DNA of 64,000 nucleotides, taken from assembly GCF_001194135.2 (NCBI RefSeq), contig NC_068985.1, forward strand, positions 44,207,697 through 44,271,696, in the 5' to 3' direction. This document shows, piece after piece, positions 1-11,443 of the stretch. The first letter of the stretch is position 1; each line of letters begins with the position of its first letter. Below the pieces are notes generated by a model. The model ran no database searches, had not been told where the DNA came from, and saw nothing but the letters and a program-made list of their open reading frames with translations. Origin of the DNA: Octopus bimaculoides (taxonomy: Eukaryota). Made by a program: the position numbers and the translations under genes.

Positions 1-35
<35 letters not shown>
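1..35. repeat. (TA)n microsatellite
   Basis: Perfect AT dinucleotide run. Confidence 0.95.
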
Positions 36-38
<3 letters not shown>

Positions 39-62
39 GAATTTTATAAAAGCTAAGTGTGT

Positions 63-504
63 AGACATGGCTGTGTGGTTAAGAAGCTTGCCTTACATTG
101 CAACCATGTCGTGTCAAGTTCAGTTCCACTGTGCAGCATCTTGAGCAAATGTTTTCCACTACAGCCCTGGACTGTCTAATGCCTTGTGAGAGGTGAATTT
201 GGAAGAAGAAAACTACAAAGAAGCCCACTGTATATATATATATATGTGTGTGTGTGTGTGAGTGTCTTTGCACTTGTATGTGTCCCTCTCTCCCCACCCC
301 CTACACAAATCATTGCCTGATGACCAGTGTAGGTTTGTAGACATCTCTGTAACTTAACAGTTTGGCAAAAACGAGCAAAAAAATAAGTGTCAAGCTTTAA
401 AAAATAAGCATTGGGGTTGATTCATTTGAATAAAAATTCACCAAGGTGGTACTCTAGCTTTGGCTGCAGTCCAATGACTGAAACAAGTAAAAGATAAAAT
501 AAAA
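63..504 (+). mobile_element. Full-length OK-type tRNA-derived SINE (diverged)
   Basis: Head ggctgtgtggttaagaagcttgc..., central (TA)/(TG) tract, tail ...gcagtccaatgactgaaacaagtaaaag. The same architecture recurs at 25026, 28935 and 56696. Family name from memory of octopus SINEs. Confidence 0.8.
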
Positions 505-1184
505 GGTGTTTATAAGTTTGTTTCCTCCCTCTTACCCTTGTATGTGTGTTGAGAGTATAGTCCAGACTCTGAACAAACAGGTGATGGCAAGTGGTGACAG
601 TGGTGGAGCTTGGCAGTGTCAGCATCAATCAGTGTCACTCCAAAGAAGAGTTTATGTTATTTTGTTTAAGGTTGATATTGTAAGGAATGGCAAATCCAAT
701 TAATGTCTTGTAATTTCGGATTTCATTGTTTTTTTGTTTTTTTTTAAAGTAGAGAAACGTGGTGCTGTTGGCTGATCTGACTGTATGCTGTGTTTGGGGA
801 TGGTAAAATGCAGTGAAAGATACACATACACATGCACACACACACTCACAGATATGCACTGCTTTATGAAAGCACTGCGATGCTGTGATGCCTGAACATT
901 TTGATGTAATGAAAGCTTTTTTCCAATTATGTTCCATGAATTCACAGCTTCCCCATAGTTGTAGAAAATTATCATAATTTGAGAAGGCAAAGACATGGCT
1001 GTGTAGTTAAGAAGTTTGTTTCCCAACCACATGGTTTCAGGTTCGGTCCTGCTGTGTGACATCCTGGGCAAGTGTCTTCTACTATAGCCCTGGGCTGACC
1101 AAAGCCTTGTGCATGGATTTAGTAGATTGGAAACTGAAAAAATTCTATCAAATGTATATACATATGTGTGTGTGTATGTGTACA

Positions 1185-1406
1185 TATGATGGGGGTGCTG
1201 AAAAGTACTTGGCTTTAAGGGTGTCATGAAAGGCCTGGGTGGAAGTTCAACATTCTGAGTTCTTTTACAGGGCTTAGGGAAACTGAAGGACTGCTGCAAT
1301 AAGTGTGTGAATCTGAAAGGAGAATATGTTGGATAACATCATAATTGACTGATCCTCCTGTATTTTCTTTCACCCAAAGCCAGGAAATTTTCAGTACTCC
1401 CTCATA
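1185..1406 (+). mobile_element. Non-autonomous mariner-type element (MITE)
   Basis: Imperfect TIRs tatgatgggggtgctgaaaagtacttggcttt / aaagccaggaaattttcagtactccctcata with TA ends. The interior encodes a mariner C-terminal remnant (KLKDCCNKCVNLKGEYVG*). Confidence 0.8.
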
Positions 1407-1600
1407 TATATATATGTATACATACTGTGCATGGCCTAGTGATTAGGATGAGATTGTGGTTTCAATTCTTGGACTGGTGGTGTGTTGTGTCTTTGAGCAA
1501 AAAATTTAATCATGTGTTGCTCTGTGATCACTTCATCTGACGGGTGGCACATTCTGCACTTACACAGGCAAAATTAGAGCTTCCATAAAGCAGTACATAC

Positions 1601-1631
<31 letters not shown>

Positions 1632-2080
1632 CATGTGGGTATCCTTCACTGCATTTTCCATTGACAATCACTGTAGATCAGCCAACAGTAACTTGTTTCT
1701 CTACTCTTCTTTTAAAAATGAAACTCTAAATTACAAAATATTAACCTCTTAACATATTATCCCATTTTTTTCCATTCAGAGATGTCTGGCAAATACATAT
1801 TTGAATGAAAATATACATTCACTGTTCTCTGAGGTATCTGTCAATTATTTCTAACCCAAAATACATCGTTCATGATGTTATTCCCATTTTCTATCAGTAA
1901 CTATTAACAACTATCATTTCTGTCAGTAAGTTTATGATAAATCATAACTAATCCAAAATATTTTGTGTACTTATTCTTCCTTATATACAGATTCAAAAGA
2001 GATAATCAAAAAATACATTCTTTGCATGGAAATTGAAAAAAAAATGTGTTATGTTAAGAGATTAATTGGCTTTTGCCATT

Positions 2081-2331
2081 ACAGTTCTATATTTAAGAGA
2101 TGAGGAATTATGTACATTATTTACATTTGACGGATATTTGTCCTCATCTTGTTTGCTGTTAACACAACGTTTTGGCTGATACACCCTCCAGCCTTCATCA
2201 GGTGTCTTGAGATATTTTTCGTTGTTATTATTATTATTATTCAGGTCACTGCCTGGAATCAAACTCGGAATCTTGGGGTTAGTAGCCCGCGCTCTTAACC
2301 CCAAGATTACGAGTTCAATTCTAAGCAGTGA

Positions 2332-2362
<31 letters not shown>

Positions 2363-2486
2363 GACAGCGAAAAGTACCTTAGGAATGAGAACCCAGGTTC
2401 GAAATTTCCCCAAAACACCTGATGAAGGCTGCGTGGTGTTAACAGCAAACAAGATGAGAACAAATATCCGTCAAATGTAAATAATG
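2081..2486. mobile_element. Palindromic (head-to-head) tRNA-head/(AAT)n/hammerhead element, copy A1
   Basis: Left arm 2081-2300 is the reverse complement of right arm 2297-2486. Flanked by tggcttttgccatt (2067-2080) and tggctttgccatt (2485-2497), a probable TSD. Homologous to 26776-27296. Confidence 0.85.
2161..2206 (-). ncRNA. Minimal type I hammerhead ribozyme motif (G12A-decayed copy)
   Basis: Minus strand reads GACAC-CTGATGA-A-GGCTG-gagggtgtat-CAGCC-aAA-ACGT-T-GTGTT. Helix I is GACAC/GTGTT, helix II is 5 bp, helix III is the palindrome ACGT. G12 lost by a CpG-type transition at 2173. Confidence 0.7.
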
Positions 2487-2741
2487 GCTTTGCCATTGCT
2501 TACAATATCAATCAAAATAACATTACTGTGCAAGTGAACAGTGAGCCACCCACATACTACACAATAACTCACTCCCATTTGATGGAGAGAATGAGATAAT
2601 GTGAAGCACAGACATTTGATTACCACAAACAAATCATCTGTGCAGGTAGTTCAGCAAGAAATTGTGGAAATCCTCATCTGTTGTCTGTGACAGGAGGGTC
2701 CACCATGTATATATATATGTGTATGTGTGTGTGTGTGTTAA

Positions 2742-3060
2742 GGCGTGTGGCTTAGTGGTTAGGGCATTCAGCTGACGATTGTAAGGTCGTGAGTTCGATT
2801 CCCGGCGACGTGTTGTGTCCTTGAGCAAGACACTTTATTTCACATTGCTCCAGTCCACTCAGCTGGCAAAAATGAGTTGTACTTGTATTTCAAAGGGCCG
2901 ACCTTCACACACTATGTGTCATGCTGAGTCTCCCCGAGAACTGCGTTAGGGGTACAAGTGTCTGTGGATTGCTCAGTCACTTGCATGTTAATTTCATGAG
3001 CAAGCTGTTCCGTTGATCGTATCAGCTGGGACCCTTGTCGTCGTAATCGATGGAGTGCTC
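2742..3060 (+). mobile_element. tRNA-derived CORE-type SINE
   Basis: A box (tggcttagtgg), B box (gttcgattc), CORE-like gtgttgtgtccttgagcaagacacttt...ttgctccagtccactcagctg segment. Related heads at 1425, 11450 and 62875. Confidence 0.8.
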
Positions 3061-3179
3061 CTTATACATATATATATATGTATGTGTGTATGTTTGTATC
3101 TCCTTGTCTTAACATCACATGATTGTTGTAAATGAATGCCATTTGTTTCAAATATTCTTGTGAAAACATATCTAGCCAC

Positions 3180-3608
3180 NNNNNNNNNNNNNNNNNNNNN
3201 NNNNNNNNNNNNNNNNNNNNNNNNNNNNNNNNNNNNNNNNNNNNNNNNNNNNNNNNNNNNNNNNNNNNNNNNNNNNNNNNNNNNNNNNNNNNNNNNNNNN
3301 NNNNNNNNNNNNNNNNNNNNNNNNNNNNNNNNNNNNNNNNNNNNNNNNNNNNNNNNNNNNNNNNNNNNNNNNNNNNNNNNNNNNNNNNNNNNNNNNNNNN
3401 NNNNNNNNNNNNNNNNNNNNNNNNNNNNNNNNNNNNNNNNNNNNNNNNNNNNNNNNNNNNNNNNNNNNNNNNNNNNNNNNNNNNNNNNNNNNNNNNNNNN
3501 NNNNNNNNNNNNNNNNNNNNNNNNNNNNNNNNNNNNNNNNNNNNNNNNNNNNNNNNNNNNNNNNNNNNNNNNNNNNNNNNNNNNNNNNNNNNNNNNNNNN
3601 NNNNNNNC
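3180..3608. other. Assembly gap (N run); further gaps at ~11613-12162, 16428-16749, 21196-21523, 27873-27942, 30938-31050, 45986-46138, 50151-50290 and several 10-N gaps
   Basis: Runs of n, mostly flanked by microsatellites. Confidence 1.
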
Positions 3609-5089
3609 ATAACAGAGATTGTATGATTTTGTGGTATGGCACACATTTGTATGATGGTGATGATGCTGATGAAGATATGATGATGACAGTGATAGTATCA
3701 ATGATGATAACAATGGTGATAATGGTGATATATGGTGTGGTATACACCTGTATTTTATGTAACATGTGGTATATACATGTACTGTGTAGGCTATCATAAA
3801 AGAAACAAAGGATGGCTAAGATGATGATGATGATGATTACAATGATGATGGTGATGGTAGTGATAATAATGGAGGTAATGGTGATGATGATATTGATGAT
3901 GTCAGTGTAGCTGCTGCTGATATTTCATTCTCATTTTCTGTTTTTGTCTCTCTCTCTCTCTCTTTCCCCACCCTCCCCTCTCTTATTCCCTCTGTCCCTC
4001 ATTCTTTGCTACCATTGATGTTTATAAGCGATTTAATTGTGTGGTGGCATTCATGATTATGGGCGTTGCTTTAACTAATGCCATTAACAACCAACCCACT
4101 CATGCAGGGACACACAGACACATCCATCCATCCATCCAGCCAGCCAGCTATCCACCGACCCACCCACACAGACGGACACAACCCTCTCTCACCCTCCCCC
4201 AAACCACCCACACAATAAATCCATAGCAACTGTAATGTCTACTCCTTTACTAAATGCTCCTTTCATTAAACAAAGTGTAATAATATCCCAACAATAATTG
4301 CACACCGCTAATAAGCTAAGTACACAAATATTTCTGAAACTCCACAGAAAATGAAAAAAAAAAGACAAAGCAAAAAAATAAAATAAACAAACAAAAAACA
4401 CAATTAAACAAGAAAAACAAAACAAAAGTAACCCAAAGTAATAAATATAAAATAAGACCTAAAACGATTTCCTGTAGTGAAGAATCAAGCAATTGTTGCA
4501 ACATTTAGAGTTCTTTAGAATAATAATAGAAAATTGATGAGGAATGTGCTTCTTTACACTGTTATAGAAAAATAAAAGTATGGCCATGTGTTTAGTTTGC
4601 TTTGCAAATGTCTTCTGTTTCAGAACCAGGCAGACCAATGCCTTGTAAGTGAAATTGGTAGCCGTAACCTGTGTGGAAGCTAGTTGTACTCAAAAATCCA
4701 CTCACTCATCCATCCATCCATCCATCCATCCATCCATCCATCCATCCATCCATCCACACACACATACGCACATTATTTAATAAACGCAATATATGTATTT
4801 ATGTGCTACTAGTAGTTTCATGTGCTGAGAGCATACCAAACAGCGTTTTTAACACATCTGGTGTCCTAACACAAACGTCAGACACTGCCCACATGACATA
4901 ATGAACTAAAAGTGGGACGATAAGATGAGAGAAAAGGTGAGAAAGATGTAGATATAAAAGTTGAAAGGTTGAAAAACCAGAAAACGTAAAAGAAATCAGA
5001 AGTAAAAGGGGTTAATTAGAGTTATTTCCCCTTAGACTGTAAAATATAAAGCTGAAAAGATAGTGGCTTGGAATCTGTGGTACAGTTAT

Positions 5090-5506
5090 TCAATCAGGAG
5101 AGGGAGGCACTTTCCAATTCATCAACAGGAACTTAGCCATATCCATACAACTGCTGAAAATTTCAGATCTAGAATTCAGCAGTGAGTTAGAGTTCTTAGA
5201 TCTGAAAGAGATCTGAGTTCTTTCAGCTATGCATAAGGTACATTTTTTGAATCATTAACATATGGTGTGGATTTTTTTACTATTTCCCCACTTTATTGTA
5301 TGTGGTGTGGCGTTCGATTTCAAGACCCATATGTCGCTAGCCAACTTAGTAGCTTTACTTTTGTCTCTGTGTCAGAAGGAAGATATGTGATTAGCATAGC
5401 GATTTTTGAATTCTCTTTCACATAGTCCAATATAGCTCTCCTTATCAGGTGTGTCATCATCTAGCATTGCTGTAATGTCTACCTCATATATGACGAATTT
5501 AATCAT
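5090..5506 (-). pseudogene. Penelope-like element GIY-YIG endonuclease C-terminal relic
   Basis: Manual translation: MIKFVIYEVDITAMLDDDTPDKESYIGLCEREFKNRYANHISSF*HRDKSKATKLASDIWVLKSNATPHTIKW/EIVKKSTPYVNDS/KKCTLCIAERTQISFRSKNSNSLLNSRSEIFSSCMDMAKFLLMNWKVPPSPD*. Contains VIY...YIG, the R-x3-H motif, CxxC and LLNxRxE typical of PLE endonucleases. One TGA stop and two compensating frameshifts. Confidence 0.85.
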
Positions 5507-5554
5507 ACTTCATTGGCCAAGCAGAATGGTTCCTGGGTCTTGACAGTTACAACT

Positions 5555-6052
5555 GGGAGTGGGCCCAGTGCTCAACTGGTACTTATTTTATTGATGAAAG
5601 GCAAAGTCCACCTTGGTAGAATTTGAACTTAGAAAGTAAAGACAGACTAAATGTTGCTAAGTATTGTGCCCAACATACTAACAGTTCTTACTAAAGCTTG
5701 TCTCTTTAGTAAGAAAATATTGGTTTTAAATTTTGGCACAAGGCCAGCAATTTTGGGTGATGAGGTAAGTCGATTACCTTGACCCCCAGCATTCAAATGG
5801 TATCAATTTTATAAACCCCAAAAGGAATGAAAGACAAAGTCAACCACAGCAGAATGCGAAGACGGACAAAATGCCATTAAGGATTATGTCGATTACATCG
5901 ACCCCGGTGCGTAACTGGTACTTAATTTATCGACCCCGAAAGGATGAAAGGCAAAGTTGACCTCGGCGGAATTTGAACTCAGAATGTAAAGACAGACGAA
6001 AATTTGCTAAGCAATTTGCCTGGCATGCTAACGGTTCTGCCAGCTCACCGCC
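5555..6052 (-). mobile_element. Three adjacent OR-type SINE fragments
   Basis: Repeated reverse complement of the ggcgagctggcagaaacgttagc...aaattccgccgaggtcgactttgcctttcatcc consensus seen intact at 22310. Confidence 0.75.
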
Positions 6053-6059
6053 AATGTAT

Positions 6060-6462
6060 CATCATCATCATCATTTAACGTCCATTGTCCATGCTGGCAT
6101 GGGTTGGACGGTTTGACTGGGCTGGCACACTGGAAGGCTGCACCAGGCTCCAGTCTGATTTGGCATGTTTTTTACAGCTGGATGTCCTTCCTAATGCCAA
6201 CCACTCTGAGAGTGTAATAGGTGCTTTTACGTGTCATTTGCATGACACCGGTATCTGCTATGACCACGATTTTGTTCGGCTTGATGGCTCTTCTTCTTAA
6301 GCATGACATAATGCCAAAGGCCTTGGTAATTGCCTCTGTAAAACCCAACACTCGAAAGGAACTTGGCTACTTTGCCTCAATAAGGCCCAACGCTTGAAAG
6401 GAACTCAGCCACCTCGCCTCTATGAGGCCCAACACTCGAACACTCAAAAGGAACTCAGCCAC
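6060..6462 (-). mobile_element. RTE LINE 3' UTR with (GAT)n tail and ~41-bp internal tandem repeats
   Basis: (CAT)n followed by ttaacgtccattgtccatgctggcatgggttggacgg, the same tail as the RT-linked copy at 34681-35479. The motif ccaacactcgaaaggaactcagccac recurs ~3 times. Confidence 0.8.
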
Positions 6463-7309
6463 ATAAATATCAGGACAGATATTGTACATTCTGAGTTAAA
6501 ATTCCAACAAGCTTGACTTTGACTTTCATCCTTTCGAAGCCAATAAAATGAGTACCAGTTGATCACTGGGGTCAATCTAATCAACCTACCCCCCACCCCA
6601 CCCTCGAAGCTACTGGCCTTGTGCTAAAATTTGAAACCAATATTGAGACAGATACTTGGTTGAAGTCCCATCATTGGCTGTTTGTGCTTTTTTCCTTTCA
6701 CCTATATTTTAAAGGTTCTCTTTACCTTTCCTCCTACTCTACTCCTGGAATACTCACCACTCTCTCCCACAGAACACCAGACTATTATATCTGATAGAAA
6801 CCCCAAGATTGAATCTCCCCATCTCTCTTTCCTATTATTTTAACAATTAGGTACTCATGTAATCCCGCTTTTGACATACATTTTCATTTCAGTAAACAAA
6901 GTGTCACTGGCAAACAGTTGGGGGCTAAAAGGATATTAAGTGTATTTACAGAGAGTGTGTGTGCACATAAATGTGCGTATGTGTTTGTTCGTGTGCAAGA
7001 TATTTACCCATTTAGGTATGTAAGTGTTTATGTGTGCATCACTCTATCTATCTATCTATCTATCTCTCTCTCTCTATATATATATATGAAAAAGAGAGAG
7101 AGGGTAAAAACTGAAACACCACGATTGCATTGTATGTGTGTAATTCACACATATGTACACACACACACACAAAGGCATTCCTTGCATTACAGAAACCCCA
7201 CATTATGACAAAATTTTCAGAAGTACAATACTGTGTGAGGGGGATAGATGAGGGTTTGATTGCAGTGTAGTGTTTTTAATATATATGATATTTGGGTATT
7301 GTCATTGTT

Positions 7310-7505
7310 AGTGTTTAGTCTCATGTCACGCCAAAACAAGTAAGCCTATGACCAAAGGTATCCCAGCCTATAACTGTTCCATTTTATATTCATAGCATAC
7401 CTAAGCTTATATATTATAGAATGCACTTTCTTCTTCAAGGAGGCAAAGTGTGATTTGAGGTAGATTTGGCTGCTATTTCTAGCAGATTGAGAGACCACAT
7501 AAAGA
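7310..7505. mobile_element. Unclassified high-copy interspersed repeat (also ~23640-23790, 23970-24045, 30560-30650, 51320-51520, 53500-53720, 59670-59740, 63500-63750)
   Basis: Shared motifs cctatgatcaaaggcattccagccatgac and gtgtgatttgagggagatttggctgctatttctagcag recur across the window in both orientations. Confidence 0.7.
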
Positions 7506-7526
7506 CTGATTGGCTTATGTTATTTT

Positions 7527-8372
7527 TTGGTTCAGGGTATAATTGTGGGTATGAAAGGATATAGACATGCAAGAAATCAGCTCATTACTCAGAAACTAGA
7601 GAATCTATGGAAAAAATTTGATTTTCCGTGTATAATGTTAAAGTATTGTCAGAAAAGTAAATACTCTGTTGACAAGGTACGATACCCATTTGACACCAAG
7701 TTAAAATGTTGAAGATTTGTTTGACATGACTAATCAACACAGCAGCTGGTTATCTAAGGAAGACAAAGACTTTTACAGTACACAAATTCAAAGTGGTGGT
7801 ATAACTGGCTACACCACATCTCGGTTAGCTATGGTTCATCCTTCAAAGTGAACACGTTCCTCGTCAAGAGTGTCAGCTTCAACTTCACAAGCGTTTCTCC
7901 CATATGCTGAAGCAGGTAAAAGTAACATGCCTAAAAAAATTCTCAATTATTACACACATTTTTTGTATGCATTGATGTCACTAATATGTATCCAACTTCT
8001 TGCAGATACATCATCATCATCATCAGAAACCCCTACTTCTGATTCTGCAGATGAAATCACATTACCAATAAATGAACAAGTTGGCACCTCTAAAGAACAG
8101 CATCATTCAACTCAGAAAGCAATGAACTTGCAGAAAAAAAAAATTAAGCAGTCATAAAGCAGCCAATGTCTGCAAACAACTGAGAGAGGAAGGAGTACTT
8201 CTCCCCACTCCGTCACAGTCAGGTGTGTGCAAAGATGAAGCAGGAACTAAAAGAAACTTTAATAAATGATCAGTAGGTGCTCCATTTTGATGGAAAGGTT
8301 ATGAAGAGTAAAGAAGAACAAGTTGTAGTGAAAAACAACAAAAGAGAAATTAGATTAGCAGCACTAGATTAG
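7527..8372 (+). pseudogene. Decayed DDE transposase, hAT-like (HFDGK motif)
   Basis: Three frames join into: ...QKLENLWKKFDFP / LFDMTNQHSSWLSKEDKDFYSTQIQSGGITGYTTSRLAMVHPSK* / LSSHKAANVCKQLREEGVLLPTPSQSGVCK / QELKETLINDQ*VLHFDGKVMKSKEEQVVVKNNKREIRLAAL. Resembles from memory invertebrate hAT-like (hATm-type) transposases; superfamily assignment is unverified. Confidence 0.65.
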
Positions 8373-8638
8373 CAGTATTAAGTATCCATCATGGCTGGTC
8401 TTACCAATTGGTTTTGCGCAAAAAATACAATGGAGTGTTAGGCAACAAGCCAATTATATAAATACGCTCATCAGAGGTAGCCAGCATGGAAGGGAATATG
8501 ACGACTGGTCTCCACAACTGGAGGTGGATTAGCATGACGGTTGGTGTCTGCTGTAAAAAGGCGGTGAAATGAGAAAACTTCACTGAGAACACTAAAAGAG
8601 GTTACAGAGTGAGAGCACTGAGAAGTAATATATATAAA

Positions 8639-9082
8639 TGCAACGTTATTACCAGTTCAAATATACTTGTGGCACGTTTCGAACTTTCCAGACTGTGAGA
8701 TGTAGCATTGTTGAGCATATTTGAAGTGGTAACAACATTGCATTTATACATATCACTGCTTAGTGCTCCTACTTCATAATTTACTTACGGTGAGCTGTTG
8801 CATAGCATTATCAGTCATCGTACATTGACTGAAATAGCAGAAGAGAATCACGTTCTTTCATCAGTTGACAGTGCCCTCTGCTCAGTGTCTGTGACAAAAG
8901 AGGAGACAATTACTCTGAAATGCTGCATCTCACAGTCTGGAAAGAGGGTGCTGTGAACTAATCTGGGTGTATTTACACCATTGCCAACAGCAAAAAGTTT
9001 TCTCCATGACAAAATGCATTGTATGGTTTGTTTATTAGTCCAAACATGCCACAACTATATTTAAACTGGTAATAACATTGCA
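8639..9082. mobile_element. TIR element (MITE-like)
   Basis: 41-bp inverted repeats at 8639-8679 and 9042-9082, plus a 25-bp inverted pair at 8685-8709 and 8919-8943 (1 mismatch). Confidence 0.75.
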
Positions 9083-9644
9083 CTAAAAGTAGGATCAACT
9101 GGACAATCGTTTCAAGTCACGTTACACTCTCACTAGCAATCACTCCATTCTTTACTGACCACTGTGAAATCTCTTAATATAATAATGAGCATAGTGTTTT
9201 TATATATTTGTCCAGAATCACGCCAGACGCGGAGGAGGAGAGAAAATAGTAATTCAGTGAAGAAGTAGTGAGATTAATAGCCCTGACTGAGAGAAAGTAA
9301 TAGCAATGAGAGAAAGGAAGGGGTGATAGGTGAATAAGGAAGGAAGGGCTGAAAAAAAAACAGCATTTCAACTCTGTGTGAGTATATGTGTGTATGTGTG
9401 TGCATGTACAAGGGAAGTGTGTGAATGTTTGTACGTGTGATTATTATGTACCGTTATTTATATATAAAATACTATAATTAGCTGTCATTATTGACAGCAT
9501 GTGATCAGCTAGTTGTATATAAAGTCACTGTTATTAAACATATAACTAAATCAGGTAGACTGATGTGAATATCTGACACTTCTTCAGCTGTTAGCACTAC
9601 AAAATGAATTATAGATATACCAGCAGTGTTTGTTTTTCTTACCA

Positions 9645-9801
9645 AGGTGCAAGCATGAATGCATGCCTAAGAAGTTCGTTTCTCAATCATGTGGTTTTGG
9701 GTTCAATCCCACAGTATGGTACCTTGAGCAAGTGTCTTCTACTACAATCTTGAGACATCCAAATTCACTAGGATTTGGTTGTCAGAAATTGAAAGTAGCC
9801 A

Positions 9802-9885
<84 letters not shown>

Positions 9886-10365
9886 TGCGTGCATGTGTGT
9901 ATACACACACACACACACACCAAATAATGACAATATACAGAAAACAAAGTATGGTAGTCAATGCTTTAAATAACATACACAGGTTTCAGTGTGTATGTTC
10001 TATAAATTACACACACAATGGTTGTAAAAACATTATGCAATCTTGCACATCACCTCATTAGTGTCCTGCAACAAATATATGTGTGTGTGTGTGTGTGCAC
10101 ACGCGTGCATGAGTGTTTGAGTCTTCTCATTTTGACATGATGTGACGGTTGTAAAGGAGTGTCACCATCACACAGTTGGTGTCATTCATTTCAAATCTTC
10201 CATGAAAACATGTCTGGCCACAGGGAAATATTACCTTGCCTTGGGTACCAGTGAGGGCAGGCAATAGGAAAGGCATCCAGCCATAGAAAATTAGCCTCAG
10301 CGAATTCTGTCTAGCCAATAAAAGCATGGAAAATCTAGGTATTAAAGTGATGACGATGACTAAGC
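9645..10365 (+). mobile_element. SINE with OK-type head and RTE-like 3' tail, interrupted by (GT)n expansions
   Basis: OK head 9645-9790, body ctcattttgacatgatgtgacggttgtaaa..., tail aggaaaggcatccagccatagaaa...gcatggaaaa...gatgac. Related copies on the minus strand at ~27300-27595, 32600-33070 and 44050-44520. Confidence 0.7.
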
Positions 10366-11039
10366 TATACTGGGGAGGTAGAGGTAAATCCATACATTTT
10401 ACTCATCACAGCAATTTGTAAATTAATCAATAACACACTTGATATGTGTGTGTGTGTGTAAATCCCAGTAGAATGATGCTTCAAGATGCCTTGTCTAATC
10501 TACTACCAACATGGAGAAAAGTAAATAAAAGTCAATGAAGATGATGATGATGATGATTATGATGATGATGATGATAATGATGATGATGATGGTGATGCTG
10601 CAACAGTAGCTTCCACACTGGATTTTGTATATGTGTGAGATTTACCTTTGTGTGTAGGTTGTGGCAAATGAATTTATGATGAGTGTGTATATGTGTGTGG
10701 TATATGTAAGTATACACAAATGTACCAACACACATACATGTCTGTGCATGCGTGTGTGTGTGTGTGTATATAGAGCTGCGAAGAAGAGAAGAAGAAAGAT
10801 ACCGTGTCATGTATCACATGAGTTTATACAGAAGAGACTGACAGTGTAGATAGGGGCAGGTTAAGTAGATTAATTACTGATGAAGCCAGAATGTGTGTGT
10901 GTGTGTGGTGGGGTGGTGGAGAGGAAGGGGATAATCTTCATCTAGCCTTCTTGTCTTACCATTTAGATAACAGCAAACTGGGAAAACATCCATCCGTCAC
11001 CAAGGGAATACTCCAGATTCTCACTGAATACAGTACAGT

Positions 11040-11071
<32 letters not shown>

Positions 11072-11148
11072 TTATATATGTTTATACTCTACTTATATAT
11101 CGCTATACACACAAAAACATAGACAAATATACAAGGTATATGATAATT

Positions 11149-11184
<36 letters not shown>

Positions 11185-11189
11185 GTCTA

Positions 11190-11443
11190 GGTTATATATA
11201 TATTGGGATGTAAAATACACCATTTTGTGCGTGGCTGTTGCCAGTACCGCTTGACTGGCCTTCGTGCCGGTGGCATGTAAAAGCACCCACAACACTCTTG
11301 GAGTGGTTGGCGTTAGGAAGGGCATCCAGCTGTAGAAACTCTGCCAAATCAGACTGGAGCCTGGTGTAGCCATCTGGTTCACCAGTCCTCAGTCAAATCG
11401 TCTAACCTATGCTAGCATGGAAAGCAGACATTAAACAATGATG
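11190..11443 (+). mobile_element. RTE LINE 3' end
   Basis: gagtggttggcgttaggaagggcatccagctgtagaaactctgccaaatc...gcatggaaagcagacattaaacaatgatg. Confidence 0.85.

Noticed and set aside
2062-2496. 144-aa minus-strand ORF and 71-aa plus-strand ORF
   Set aside because: Products of the palindromic element and (AAT)n, not a protein.
4222-4231. ccatagcaac RFX-like half site (also ~62148)
   Set aside because: Isolated half sites with no promoter context.
4624-4650. 21-nt microexon with a GTAAGT donor
   Set aside because: The donor lies in an OK-SINE fragment (gccttgtgagtg variant).
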